Part shown: one piece after another, positions 52,630 through 64,000 of the stretch | How positions within the stretch are numbered: position 1 is the first letter of the stretch | How the letters are laid out: the number at the start of each line of letters is the position of its first letter | Assembly (NCBI RefSeq): GCF_026210795.1 | Contig: NC_089436.1 | Location: forward strand, 1,054,001-1,118,000 | Direction: 5' to 3' | Length of the DNA stretch: 64,000 bases | Source: Rhizophagus irregularis | Lineage: Eukaryota | Made by a program: the position numbers and the translations under genes | The notes under the pieces: generated by a model | What the model saw: the letters and a program-made list of their open reading frames with translations, nothing else | The model's database searches: none | Told to the model about the DNA's origin: nothing

Positions 52630-53720
52630 GAAAATATAAAATTGCAATATCATTTTCTTCATAATTTGTACATACTGTACGTTCAAATAATTTGAACAAC
52701 ATTTATTTAGCGCTGATCAATATGATCAAAAATTCAAGCAAATGGTGAACTTAAAATTTTATCTTCAATAATTATTAAATTTAGGAGTATGATGAGTTAC
52801 TATTTCTTTAAATAAAAAGCGAGAAAATAGATTTTTTCATGTTATTATATTATATAGAAATATAAACAACGCTCGATAAAATATTGGTTTAAATATTGTA
52901 GCGAATAAAATTTTAAGATCATGTGATTAATGACGTACGCTTACGTAATCGGACTTCTTAATCCATATTTAGCATAGCATAAAAAATCTGCAAAAATAAA
53001 AATTTCCCAATATATCACTCGGCTGTGTGAAAATTGCATTACCTTTTTTTTTTATTTCAGCGTTATTTTCGATTATCATATTACCGATTTATAACCGAAC
53101 GGAATTGCCGGCATTATACACAAACTCCGAGAATTTTACTTTTTTCAAATATCCTTAAACAGCAGATGACTTATACAGTAGGACATGGAAATCTGTAATA
53201 GAATTCTTGATTGTATACTTTTTACGTGTAAATGCTTTTGTTAATTAGGTTAATTATTTTTTTTTTCACAACTATTTTAGCTAAGTATCGAACGAAATAT
53301 TACAATATTGTATCAGAGGTATAGAAGATCAAAGCTCAGAATAAATTACTTGATATATATAAAATATTAATAGGACATTACCAATTTTAGATACATAAAA
53401 GTTCATGTACTACACCTAATATACAAATACGGCACTTAGTCACTTAGTTGATTATTCTCATTGATAATAGATTGTCGGCAATTAGCGAAATTATTATTAA
53501 CCAATGAATTTACTGCTAAAAAAGGTCAATATTATTATTAAATTTAGTACGCATAATATTACCTATTTTCGGTTTACATATGATAGCACAAACACTAACC
53601 TACTAGAATTTTCTAGAGAAAAATTGCATATATAAATTTACTTTTGGTCTTACATATCTTATAAAAATATTTTTAAACAAAAAACGTATTCATTGCTTTT
53701 AACTTTCTATATCTCGAGGT

Positions 53721-54969
53721 ATGGCTTTAAAGAGCTCATATGGCAAATGCTCAGATTGCAAACGACAACGAACTGCTATATCATGGTGTAATAATTGCGA
53801 TATTGCATTTTTAAAAGAAAATTTTCATAATTGGAATAGTGGAAATACTAAAATTGACGAATTTATCAGACATACTCAGTTAAATGCTAATGAAAGTATG
53901 GATTATCTTGAGTGGATTGATTTTGATCAATTTGATTTAGTCAGAAATATTGATGAACGAGGTGCTTTTAGCTCAATATATTCCGCTGTATGGATGGAAG
54001 GTCCAAGGAAAAATCTGGATGAAGAAGCTGAAGTATGGACTCGTAATGGCCCAACTAAAGTTATATTAAAACGTTTAGATAATTCACAAAATATGTCTCA
54101 AGAATTTATAGACCAGGTAAATATGTTTAGTTCGTGGGGAATGTATCCATAGTGATTGTTGCAATTATAATAGTATTATAATATTTCTTCTTTTTATTCT
54201 AAAGTTATATAGATATCACAAATGCTTACAAAGTGAAGCACTTGCGGATTGTTTTGGAATAACTAAAGATCCAACATCATGTTACATGTTTGTTATGAGA
54301 TATTATAAAAATGGAAATTTATATTCTTATCTTGAAGAATTTGTAGGAAATCTTTACTGGAGAGATATTATAGATATGTTGTGGTCAATATCTGTGGGTC
54401 TTAATTTTATTCATGAACATGATCTTGTTCATGGACATTTACATGGAGGAAATATATTAGTTGAAAACGAGATGGATTCAATTGATACAAAAATAGCAGA
54501 TATTGGATTACATGGACATGTTGATAAATCAATGTCATCAATAATGCCATCTCAGCAAATTTACGGCATAATACCCTTTGTTGCACCAGAGATCTTTGAC
54601 GGAAATGTGATAACCAAAGCCTCTGATATTTATAGCTTTGGGATGATTATGTGGATGTTGTCAACTGGCGTACGTCCTTATTGTGATAGACCTCATGATA
54701 AACAACTTATTCAAGAAATCTGTTCAGGTTTAAGACCAAGCAATATCGATGGAACTCCGCCTGTTTACGCTAGTTTGATGTTGCAATGTCTAGACGCTAA
54801 TCCGTTAAAAAGACCAACAGTATCTCAAATTTGTGAGTATTTAGGAAATTGGACGTCTAATTTATCTAATCAATTTGAAGAAGAATACGTAAATTTAGAA
54901 AAGTTGAACCTTTGGAGTTTACCGTGTCACGAAAAAGCCATTTATTTTAGTCGTTTATTGGATTTTTAA
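53721..54969 (+). CDS. TKL-type kinase-fold protein (predicted pseudokinase) copy 2, 2 exons
   Basis: Exons 53721-54116 and 54205-54969 join in frame. CxxC..WCxxC head, RGAFSSIY, KVILKRL, HGHLHGGN, DIG, APE and SDIYSFG. Confidence 0.9.
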
Positions 54970-55175
54970 TTATTTTTTATGAAAAAATATAATTTTACAA
55001 TATTGTTTTTATTTTCATGAATTTTATACAATACGTTCAAACAATTTAAAATTATTTCTGATTTCCTTAAACCGGATTGTCAAAACTGGTAAGATCGAAT
55101 ATCAGATTTAATTCAATCAACCTAATATTTTATTATTTAAATCACTATTTTATTATATGCAGACTTAAATATAAG

Positions 55176-56021
55176 CTAGGGGTGTGGGTCCAACTGGTTG
55201 GTTACACAATATAATTTCGTATTACCAAACTGTCCCACTACCGTCACCCCTGAATTTTATTATTTTAATATATCCAAGACAACATTCCAAGCCTAAAACT
55301 TTTGACACACAACGTTTCTAAAAGCCGATGTTCGAGAGTAGATTAGTGTTGGTAAGAGTCATATATTGGCAAATTTTCATGGCTATTAGAGCGTTATTGG
55401 GTTTCTCAGGTCAAAGTTTTAATATAGCTTATTAGAAAAACTATTATTTCGAAATATGTATTAAAAAAATTTTTTTAAAAAACAATGAAAAATATTTTTT
55501 TAACAATAAATATCACTTTTATATTAAAATTTTATTAAATACATTCTCTTTTATTAGTGAAAACTGCATACAACTATTTATTGTAGACATTTACTATAGA
55601 CTATATTTTTTTCAGTTTTTTTTTTAAAAAAAAAAGGTTTAAAAGTTATTATAAATTAAAAGTCTATATAAATAACGTTCTTGTAAAAAATAAACTTGGT
55701 TTACTTGTTTTAGACTTCTAAATATTGATTTATTCATCATAAATACTAAAATAAAACCACCGATGTTATTTTTTTCTTCTCGGAGAAGGTCCAAACATTA
55801 TTTAAAGTACTTGGACGCGACAAAACAGATGTAAAGATGATCATGTTTCAAGGATGACATAATTGGGTGGCTGGTTTTTTTAATTGCAGGGGTATTTTGT
55901 TCACCGATCATCGTAATTTACTAATAACGTATATAAATTTATATGGAGGACAGTTTTTGATTTATTAGACTTATTGTATATTATATTGTGTAACCAACCA
56001 GTTGGACCCCCACACCCCTAG
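55176..56021. mobile_element. 846-bp non-autonomous TIR element (hAT-like termini) with 7-bp TSD
   Basis: TIR of about 40 bp, CTAGGGGTGTGGG(GG)TCCAACTGGTTGGTTACACAATATAAT. ATATAAG is duplicated on both sides. Confidence 0.9.
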
Positions 56022-59000
56022 ATATAAGTATATTAATCGGAATCACGTGCACTTTTTCTTTTTAAGCTTCATTCCCTTTTTTTGAATATTTTTGAATAAA
56101 TTTGATTACCTTATACTAACTTTAAGTGAAAAAGTTTATCCACGTTTATTCATATTTGCGGCTGATCTGCCGATCATGCGACATAATATAGCATGAAATG
56201 TTCGAGTATAATTTTTTATAGGGACACGGAAGCCTTAGAACTTGGAACCATTGTATCAAGTAGTCCTTTTGTTAATGTTTTGAATGTAGATGAATTTATT
56301 ACTAAATCAGTTAGGGTATACTAAGTAATCAGGTATTTCGATCCTAATCTAATTGAATCTTTAATAATATTGTTACTACTTAGTTGAATGAGTCTTTTTA
56401 ATCATTCAATAAATTAACGTTGATATTTTTTGATAATCTTTGGTCTTGGCGTTTTTTTCTACAAGATAAAATCATAAAGGACTACTTGAAAAATGAACGA
56501 ACGCACGGCTGTATTAATATTAAATTAATCAAATTCTAATTCCGGAAGAATCGAATGATTAATTCTGACGACAATCATTTTAATACGAAAATGTTATGTT
56601 AACAACGTATATTCAGCAAAAAATAATGCATGATTATTATGTATAAATTTATAACATGTTCTATAGTAGAATTTTCAAAAAGTTCACTCATATTAGTAAG
56701 TTCACTATAACGAACTATAAAGAGAACTAAATTTACTATAATAAGCTTCACTATAATGAGCTTTGATTGAATATTGTAAAAATAGATTATGGACTACGGA
56801 CTATTCCGTAAAGTTACAGTATACTAAAAACCGTTATACTGTGGTCCAATCAAATGAATCATGTAATTGAGGTTATCAATCATTTGTCATATGATTTGTC
56901 CTTTTATTAGTAAGTTTAATCATTGAATTTGACATATTGCATTATATGATATTCGAGATTAAAACTGTGCCATTAGCTGAAAATTTGACATTAAATGTTA
57001 TCATATTTTTGTACAATTCTAAAATTATTAGACAATCATTAATAACTTTATTAATTATTACAACTTTATTATTCGTTTCAATTTTTCGCATATTTTACAA
57101 TGATGACTTAATGAAAATATGCCAATCGATAGTCCTGACTGAACTATCTGAAAAATATTCTAAGCATGTTAATAAATTATATCCTATTTATTATACTCGG
57201 GCAGACTGGCTACACATTTACTATTAGCTCCACGTATCTCTTCGGGGCCAGAATTACGTAATGCCGCCTGGCACTACCTAAAAAAGGAAGGCATCACGTC
57301 ATTTTGGTTAAACTCTAATGCCACAGAAATACTAGTCATTCTAGTCTAATAAACATAAAAAATCAATTTACCTTAACCTATTTTTTTTAAACATAAAAAT
57401 AAAAAAATATATTAATATTAAGTAGTAAAAATAGTAAGTAATGTAATAAGTAATAATTATATCGTAGTTGTAAATGATCAGAATTTACTATGTTATAGAT
57501 ATAAATAGACAAAATATTAACAAAAATTTTCTTTGTATTACTCTATAACACCACATTGAAGCTATATTACAAATAAGGATCTCTGACATTTTAACTGCCT
57601 TTATCCTCGCTAAGATATTTCATGGTGATGACATAGTTTAGCTATGTTATCTGGTACGTTACTGCAATTGTACCTACAATTATTTGTGTAACCTTAAAAT
57701 TTTGGGATCTGAATGATGGGATTGTTTTATCTTTAAATAATATTTGGTTGGATTTGGTTATAAAAATGATATGACAATAAATAAATAAATACAATTGATA
57801 TGAGACGCTGGGGTGTGCTGTCAGCATAGTTTAATAAAACTATATCTAGTTAAATAGTAAAATTTACATTTTTTTCTCGTTGATATTGGGCTATTAAATG
57901 AATTTTCTAAACAGTTTCCCTCAAGCAATTACATCTTTCATGTAACAGAATGCTTTTTCCAATAAAAAAGTATTCAAGTTGACAATAATGATGTTATGTT
58001 ATTCTTTAAGTTATTGTGAAGAAAATTCCCGAATTTGGTATCATATTAATTGATGCTCAAAAAAATATTAAAAATCAATTTTTCTACGAGACTATGATAT
58101 TGATTTAATTACTAGTTGGCAGCACGCCCCAATGAGACGCCTTGTATTCTTTTATCTTGCATAATAGAGAGTTAAGCCTAAGGTATGAAATTCTAAACAA
58201 ATACCGTCGTTCTATATTCGCTCTAAAAAAAAGAGCTGCTCACGTTATTATGAAGCTTTAATAAAGTGGAAGATCCACAATCGTTAATCGTTTCCTCAGA
58301 AGGTAATACGGTTAAACTCCGATATAACGATATTTCGAGTTCAATATGAAAAATATCGTTATATCAAAATTATACCGATATATATTTATATGTTCTCTCA
58401 TAACAATACATCTTATCGTTGGTAACACCAAAGATTATAATTTCATTTAATGCTGAATTTTTGATGAATGTAATCATAATTACATAAATTGAGCAAAGCA
58501 TCAGAAATGAAATAAAATAAATGATCGTCACGCATTTATATATCATGATATCAATCCTTTTCATTTCTTTTTTAGGCCGGATTTTCATGTGACTCCATTG
58601 GTACTATCCAAAAAGGATTGCTCGGGTCCTAATAAATGTTCCAAGTAGAAATCGTAAGCATTGGCGTCTTTTACTAAATATATATCTGATATTTTTGACT
58701 GGTCATTATTCCTTTTCCTTTTTTGTAATCCTTGAATATGAGCCTCTAATTTTCGAATAGCATAAAAAAATGATTATTGATGAAGTTATTTAAATTTCCA
58801 ATACACATTAATTATCAGATTTTGTTCCAAAATATTTTCTAAAGCTAAAATGAAAAAAGTTAAGTCATATAACGAAGCTTTATAATTTTACGTTCTAAAA
58901 AACGAAACGAGAAAGATATCATTAAATGAATGGAAGGTAAGAGAATTTACAACAAAATTACAAAACTTAAATTTCCAGCAGACACTTCAAACAAATTTTG

Positions 59001-59244
59001 GGTACTCTTGGGTAAATTAGAGATGGGCCATAATATACTGTATAAAAAAATAATAAAAGCAAAATCGATGGAAGTTATTTTTTTTTATAAAATGTTGAGC
59101 AAGGCAGATTACCTAAAATAAGTTCATTATCCGTTCGATCTCCTTTCTCAGTAATGCTTTAATACGAAATAATATATATTGTAGTGTTGTTCATGTATAA
59201 ATAAATTAATAATATTGTACTATTAAATTCTAAAGTCTTACATT

Positions 59245-59417
59245 CCCTATAAAAAATGTTTACAATTTAATACAAGATGCAGAGATTGAGAATTTTAGAC
59301 CACATAAAAAACGTACAATATCATGATAATTGTCCAATAAATGTCAAGTAAATGTCCAGAACGGGTCAATTTTCTGAGAAAAAAACCGAACAGTGTTTGG
59401 CAACTTTTTTTATAGGG
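59245..59417. mobile_element. CCCTA-type MITE with 3-bp TSD ATT
   Basis: ATT-CCCTATAAAAAA...TTTTTTATAGGG-ATT. Confidence 0.85.
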
Positions 59418-59912
59418 ATTACGCTATATATGCAAGTTTGAAATATCAGTTGTCAACGCTTTTTAAGCCTCCTTTATAATTAAACATTTTTTCTAATTTT
59501 AACTATCTATAAAATCTCGAAGACTATAGCTAATTCAATTCCGCTTTTCTGTAGTCCAGTGCGTAGTTAACATTTAGGAGAGAGAAACTAAAAACTACTA
59601 TATGTATATATCTCTAAATTTACAAGCTACTTAAGTTTGTTTCAAAAAATAATTGGCAATATTAAATTCTCGAAAACTAAAGAGTATCGAAAAAAAAAGC
59701 CGGATTCCTGACAGATTTTTATATTTTTATGCCTAGTACTGGTATTTTCAGTTATATATTAATGCTCATAACTGACAAGGCATTGGATCGTACCCCCTTT
59801 AAACTAAATACTATAAAATATTACTTAAGAAATTTGTGCAAGTATTTAAGTATTTTGTGTTGTGTAAGGCTTACCTGTCGATCCAAGTTGGTAAAATTTT
59901 AAAATTGATCGT

Positions 59913-61833
59913 TCATTTAGATTCAGAAGACTCAATATTAATGGAATCTAATGGACGACTAATATAGATGGCTTTTTCATGATATGATATTTTATTAAGT
60001 TCTAATTTTCCTATATTCTTGAATTTAATTTCTTCAGCAGTGTCAAATTGATTTGATAAATCAGATGGATGAGGATCATCATTAACTGCTGAAACCCAAT
60101 TTCCTAAACACTCACAAATTTGAGATGCTGTTGGTCTTTTTAACGGATTAGCGTCTAGGCATTGCAACATCAAACTATAGTAAACAGGCGGAGTCCCATC
60201 GATATCGCTTGGTCTTAAACCTGAACAGATTTCTTGAATAAGTTGTTTATCATGAGGTCTATCATAATAAGGACGTATGCCGGCTGATAACATCCACATA
60301 ATCATACCAAAGCTATAGATATCAGATTCTTTGGTTGGCAAATTTTTTTTAAAAATTTCCGGAGCAACGAAAGGTACTACGCCATAAATTTGTTGAGATG
60401 CCATCGATTTATCAGCAGGTCCGTGTAATCCAGTATCCGTTATTTTCGCATCAATTGAATTCATCTCGTTTTCAACTAATATATTTCCTCCATGTAAATG
60501 TCCATGAACTAGATTATATTCATGAATAAATTCGAGACCCGTTGATATCGACCATAATATATCTATAATATCTCTCCAGCAAAGAATTCCCATAGATTCT
60601 TCGAGATACGAGTACAAGTCCCCATTCTCGTAATATCGCATAACAAACATATAACATGATGTTGGATCTTTGGTTATGCCAAAGAAATCTGTAAGTGCTC
60701 CATTTTGTAAGCATTTGTGATATCTATGTAACTTTTTTTAATATTTAAATAAATAAATTGAATTAATATAAAATTATAAATAAATTAGCTTTGATTCATT
60801 TCCAGATTATTTTTTGAGATTCAGCACATGGTTTGGTTATGTATTTTGTCAATACATTTATCGAACTCGGATTTATTAACATTCGAAAATTATAGTATAG
60901 TTTGCAAAATTAGTAAAAAGAGTTTGTCATTGTGCATAAGAATTTTTGATTTGATTCATGATTTCTCAGCACAAATATTGTGTATATTTCTTTCGAAATA
61001 AGTAACGCGAAAAATTTAATGTCAAATTTAAACGTATTTTTTGTGAGAAACAATAAAAGGAATTTTTTACTTTATTTTACAGAAGCCAAATAATTACCAT
61101 TAAAATATTATATCGTAATAGTGAGTATCTCGAATCCGAAAAAATGTTACCGACATCCTAAATACTTAGATTTTTATAACAAACCGTTCCGAGACGGATA
61201 ATCGGATCGGATAAACGGATGGCGGATAATGACCGGATCGGATAACGGATGACGGAAATCGGATTGGAACACTGCCGTAACATTTCGTATAAAATTCCCA
61301 TAATTTTTACATTTTTTTTATCTTAATAAGTAGCCATGGCCAAATCTCAATCGGCGGTTTAGACTTCATTAATAACACTTAATTCTGGCCGAGATAAAGA
61401 TAATAATTCTGGATGGAAATAAGTAAACAAATAAACAGGTAAAACTTACTTGATCTACAAATTCTTCACTTATATTTTGAGAATTGTTTAAACGCTTTAG
61501 AATAACTTTAATGGGGCCACTACGAGTCCATAAATCGGCTTGTTCATCCAGCTTCCATATAGGGCCTTTCAGCCACACGGCAGAATATATCGAGCTGAAT
61601 GCGCCTCCTTTATTGATATTTTTAACCAAGTCAAATTGATCATAATCAATCCACTCGAGATAATCTGTACTTTTACTAGCATTCAGCTGAGTATGTCTGA
61701 TAAACTCATCTATTATAGTATTTCCACTAGTCCAATTACGAAAATTTTCTTTAAAGAAGGCAATATCACAATTTTTACACCAAGATATGGAAATTCGTTG
61801 TCTTTCACAATCTAAACAACTACCGTATGACAT
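59913..61833 (-). CDS. TKL-type kinase-fold protein (predicted pseudokinase) copy 3, 2 exons with an expanded intron
   Basis: Exons 61833-61450 and 60731-59913 join in frame (EFVDQ|LHRYHKC). HGHLHGGN, DTG and APE present. Intron of 718 bp. Confidence 0.88.
61185..61273 (-). mobile_element. hAT-like element end inside the kinase intron
   Basis: Tandem CGGAT(A) repeats ending GGATTGGAACACTG (CAGTGTTCCAATCC on the minus strand). Confidence 0.6.
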
Positions 61834-62031
61834 AATGGTTTTTTTAACAAACGTTCGCGTTTTTTCAAATTGTCAAATTGTCTAGTTTTATAAATTTTCG
61901 AGTACCCGCGTCATAAACGTCATCGTACTACAGCTTGTCCAAAACAGGACTGGCTGTGTTGTGACGGGGAAGGTATCACATAGCCATGAATATGTAGATC
62001 ATTTATTTCTTGGTACCTTTGGATCCTGAGC

Positions 62032-62488
62032 TAGGACCCAGAAATATATATACAGGGGTAGGGTACACCGTAGTGACCGTACACGGATCAATCGGATCAT
62101 AGTGTAATTAGTTTTGATTTTGCGTACAATTGCGTATTTTTGGGCTAATCTAATATATTTACTGTACGTTAACCGCATTGTAATATTGTAATATTTAGTA
62201 TTAATTGAAAGAAATTTCTAAGGGTTAAATTAAAAAGTGAAATTTTAGAAAAATATTATTGAAAAAAAATGGTAAATTAGAATAAATTCCATTTTTTCAC
62301 ATTAGTAAAATTTGGGTTTATAAATAATATAGAAGTCATGATAAAATAATTTATAATTTAATGCTTGAAATTTTATTTGCGTATTTTTGCAGGATTTTCA
62401 ATATCAGGTGTCAGTTATGCGTACTACTCATATATAGTAAAAAAATTTTTCTCCGCTTGACCCTTATGTATATATATTCTGGGTCCTA
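62032..62488. mobile_element. Non-autonomous TIR element, possibly nested; its core is homologous to the split element at 45-47 kb
   Basis: Outer TIR TAGGACCCAGAAATATATATACA / TGTATATATATTCTGGGTCCTA around an inner AGGGGTAGGGTAC...GACCCTT. Confidence 0.8.
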
Positions 62489-62575
62489 TCCATGAATAGG
62501 TCTTATTCACGGAAATTTACACGGAGGAATTGGTTAAAAAAATAAAATCGATTGGCACCAAAATCGCTGATACGA

Positions 62576-62759
62576 CCCTGTAAAAAAAGTTACTCCGTTT
62601 TTTATATTCTGTCTTTTTTCTGTAAAAGGCTCATATCTCCGGAATTAATAACCTTATATTAGGGAATTTATCAAATTATTTACATTTTCCGTGAATGGAT
62701 CCGTGAAAGACTCATTTTATGGAGTTTTACAGAAATAACGGATAAAATTTTTTATAGGG
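62576..62759 (-). mobile_element. CCCTA-type MITE family B with 3-bp TSD CGA
   Basis: CGA-CCCTGTAAAAAA...TTTTTTATAGGG-CGA, the reverse complement of 40351..40537. Confidence 0.88.
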
Positions 62760-62774
62760 CGAACCTGCTGTTAA

Positions 62775-62916
62775 TGAATGTATCATTTTAATGGAATTTA
62801 TAGCCTTAAATCATGGAAATTTTCATCTCATATCCGTGAATGTATCATTTTCACGGAATTTTTACGGAAGACACGGAGAAATAATGGAAATATTCGGATA
62901 AAAATTTTTTATAGGG
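62775..62916. mobile_element. CCCTA-type MITE family C right end
   Basis: Homologous to 38330-38463 and ends TTTTTTATAGGG. Confidence 0.7.
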
Positions 62917-64000
62917 ACTAGAGTTAATAGGAATCACCTGGTTTCGATATATTTGAATGATACAATATTGTTTTGAATTCTGATTCATCGGATAACCAGC
63001 AGCAGTATCATTGTAAATTTACACTAAATATCGCACCTCTTCTAACAAAAAATAAATTTATCAGTTTTTAAAAATCATCTAACTAAAAATACTAAAAATC
63101 CAATAATTTTATCCTAATAATTTATTTATTTGCACTGATTCATATGATTCATATGACCAGAAATTCTAAGATTTATCGATTTATCCTAGATTTGATTTAA
63201 ATAATAAACTTAAGTATTACAACCTAAAAATATAAATTTGATAAAACCAAATATATACCGATTTTTTTTTTAAAGAAAATTTCTAAGACATACTCCGCTA
63301 TAAAATATTGGTTTAAATTTTTAATTCATGATAATTCTATAGCAAATTGAAAATTTTAAGATAATGCTTATGCATATTCGGACTTCTTAAAGTTAAAAAA
63401 GGGCTAGGTTTAGTTGATCTTTAAGGATATGGATTAATTATTCTCGTATATCGGGTGATCGGGTTTGAGTCATTTAGAATTAATTCAGGCCAAATTTATG
63501 ATGCCGGCCAGGATTACAAATTTATATTATCACGTGATGATTTATCCATAGATAATTTTGGCCAGAATTATGATGTAATTTTAATTGACTCATTTAATGC
63601 TGAAATGACCCAATTGGGTCACTGGCCATCACTGATAGTCTTATCAAAGAAAAAATAGTTAATTGACATGAGAAAATGCTCATAAAATAAGCGGGAACGT
63701 ATAATAGACGAAATTTTTTGATTGGTGCTTAAGTATGCAGAAATATTGTGAACCAAATAACCCAAGTCGGCGTGATTTTAATAAATTTTTTGATTTGTAT
63801 GCATAGCAATCATCTAACACGAACTTAAGAAAAAAAATATGTTTGGAAATTGTTTATATGGCGAATACTACTCGAGATTCCGATAATTTGGTTTTTGCAC
63901 GTATTAAAATGTGATATGGCTATTAACGGTTTGACAAACATCAATACGCCTAATGAAATTTGGGTAAATTTAAACGGACGTTGCATTAAAAAATTTGGTA

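Overview
Very AT-rich, intron-containing fungal DNA. Its gene families (CxxC/WCxxC-headed tyrosine-kinase-like kinases, F-box/LRR-like protein, MATA-HMG relic, LaeA-like methyltransferase) point to an arbuscular mycorrhizal fungus (Glomeromycota); this is an inference. The first 19 kb holds ordinary genes: a 14-exon phospholipase D without PX/PH domains whose first catalytic His lies in a 9-nt micro-exon, a SAM methyltransferase, a convergent pair of paralogous 7-TM receptor-like genes, and an F-box gene. The remaining 45 kb is an accessory region dominated by one kinase family: 2 intact genes, 1 single-lesion pseudogene, 1 older pseudogene and several relics. All four full-length copies have lost canonical catalytic residues (HRD->HGH, alphaC E->Q, DFG->DTG/DIG), so they look like pseudokinases. 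Mixed in are many MITEs (CCCTA-ended with 3-bp TSD, hAT, Harbinger-like, a 102-bp palindrome, one carrying TTAGGG repeats), an intronless ORF resembling endobacterial (MRE) repeat proteins, and a small 8-Cys secreted peptide gene lying between the two halves of a transposon. All calls were made by eye, with no database searches.
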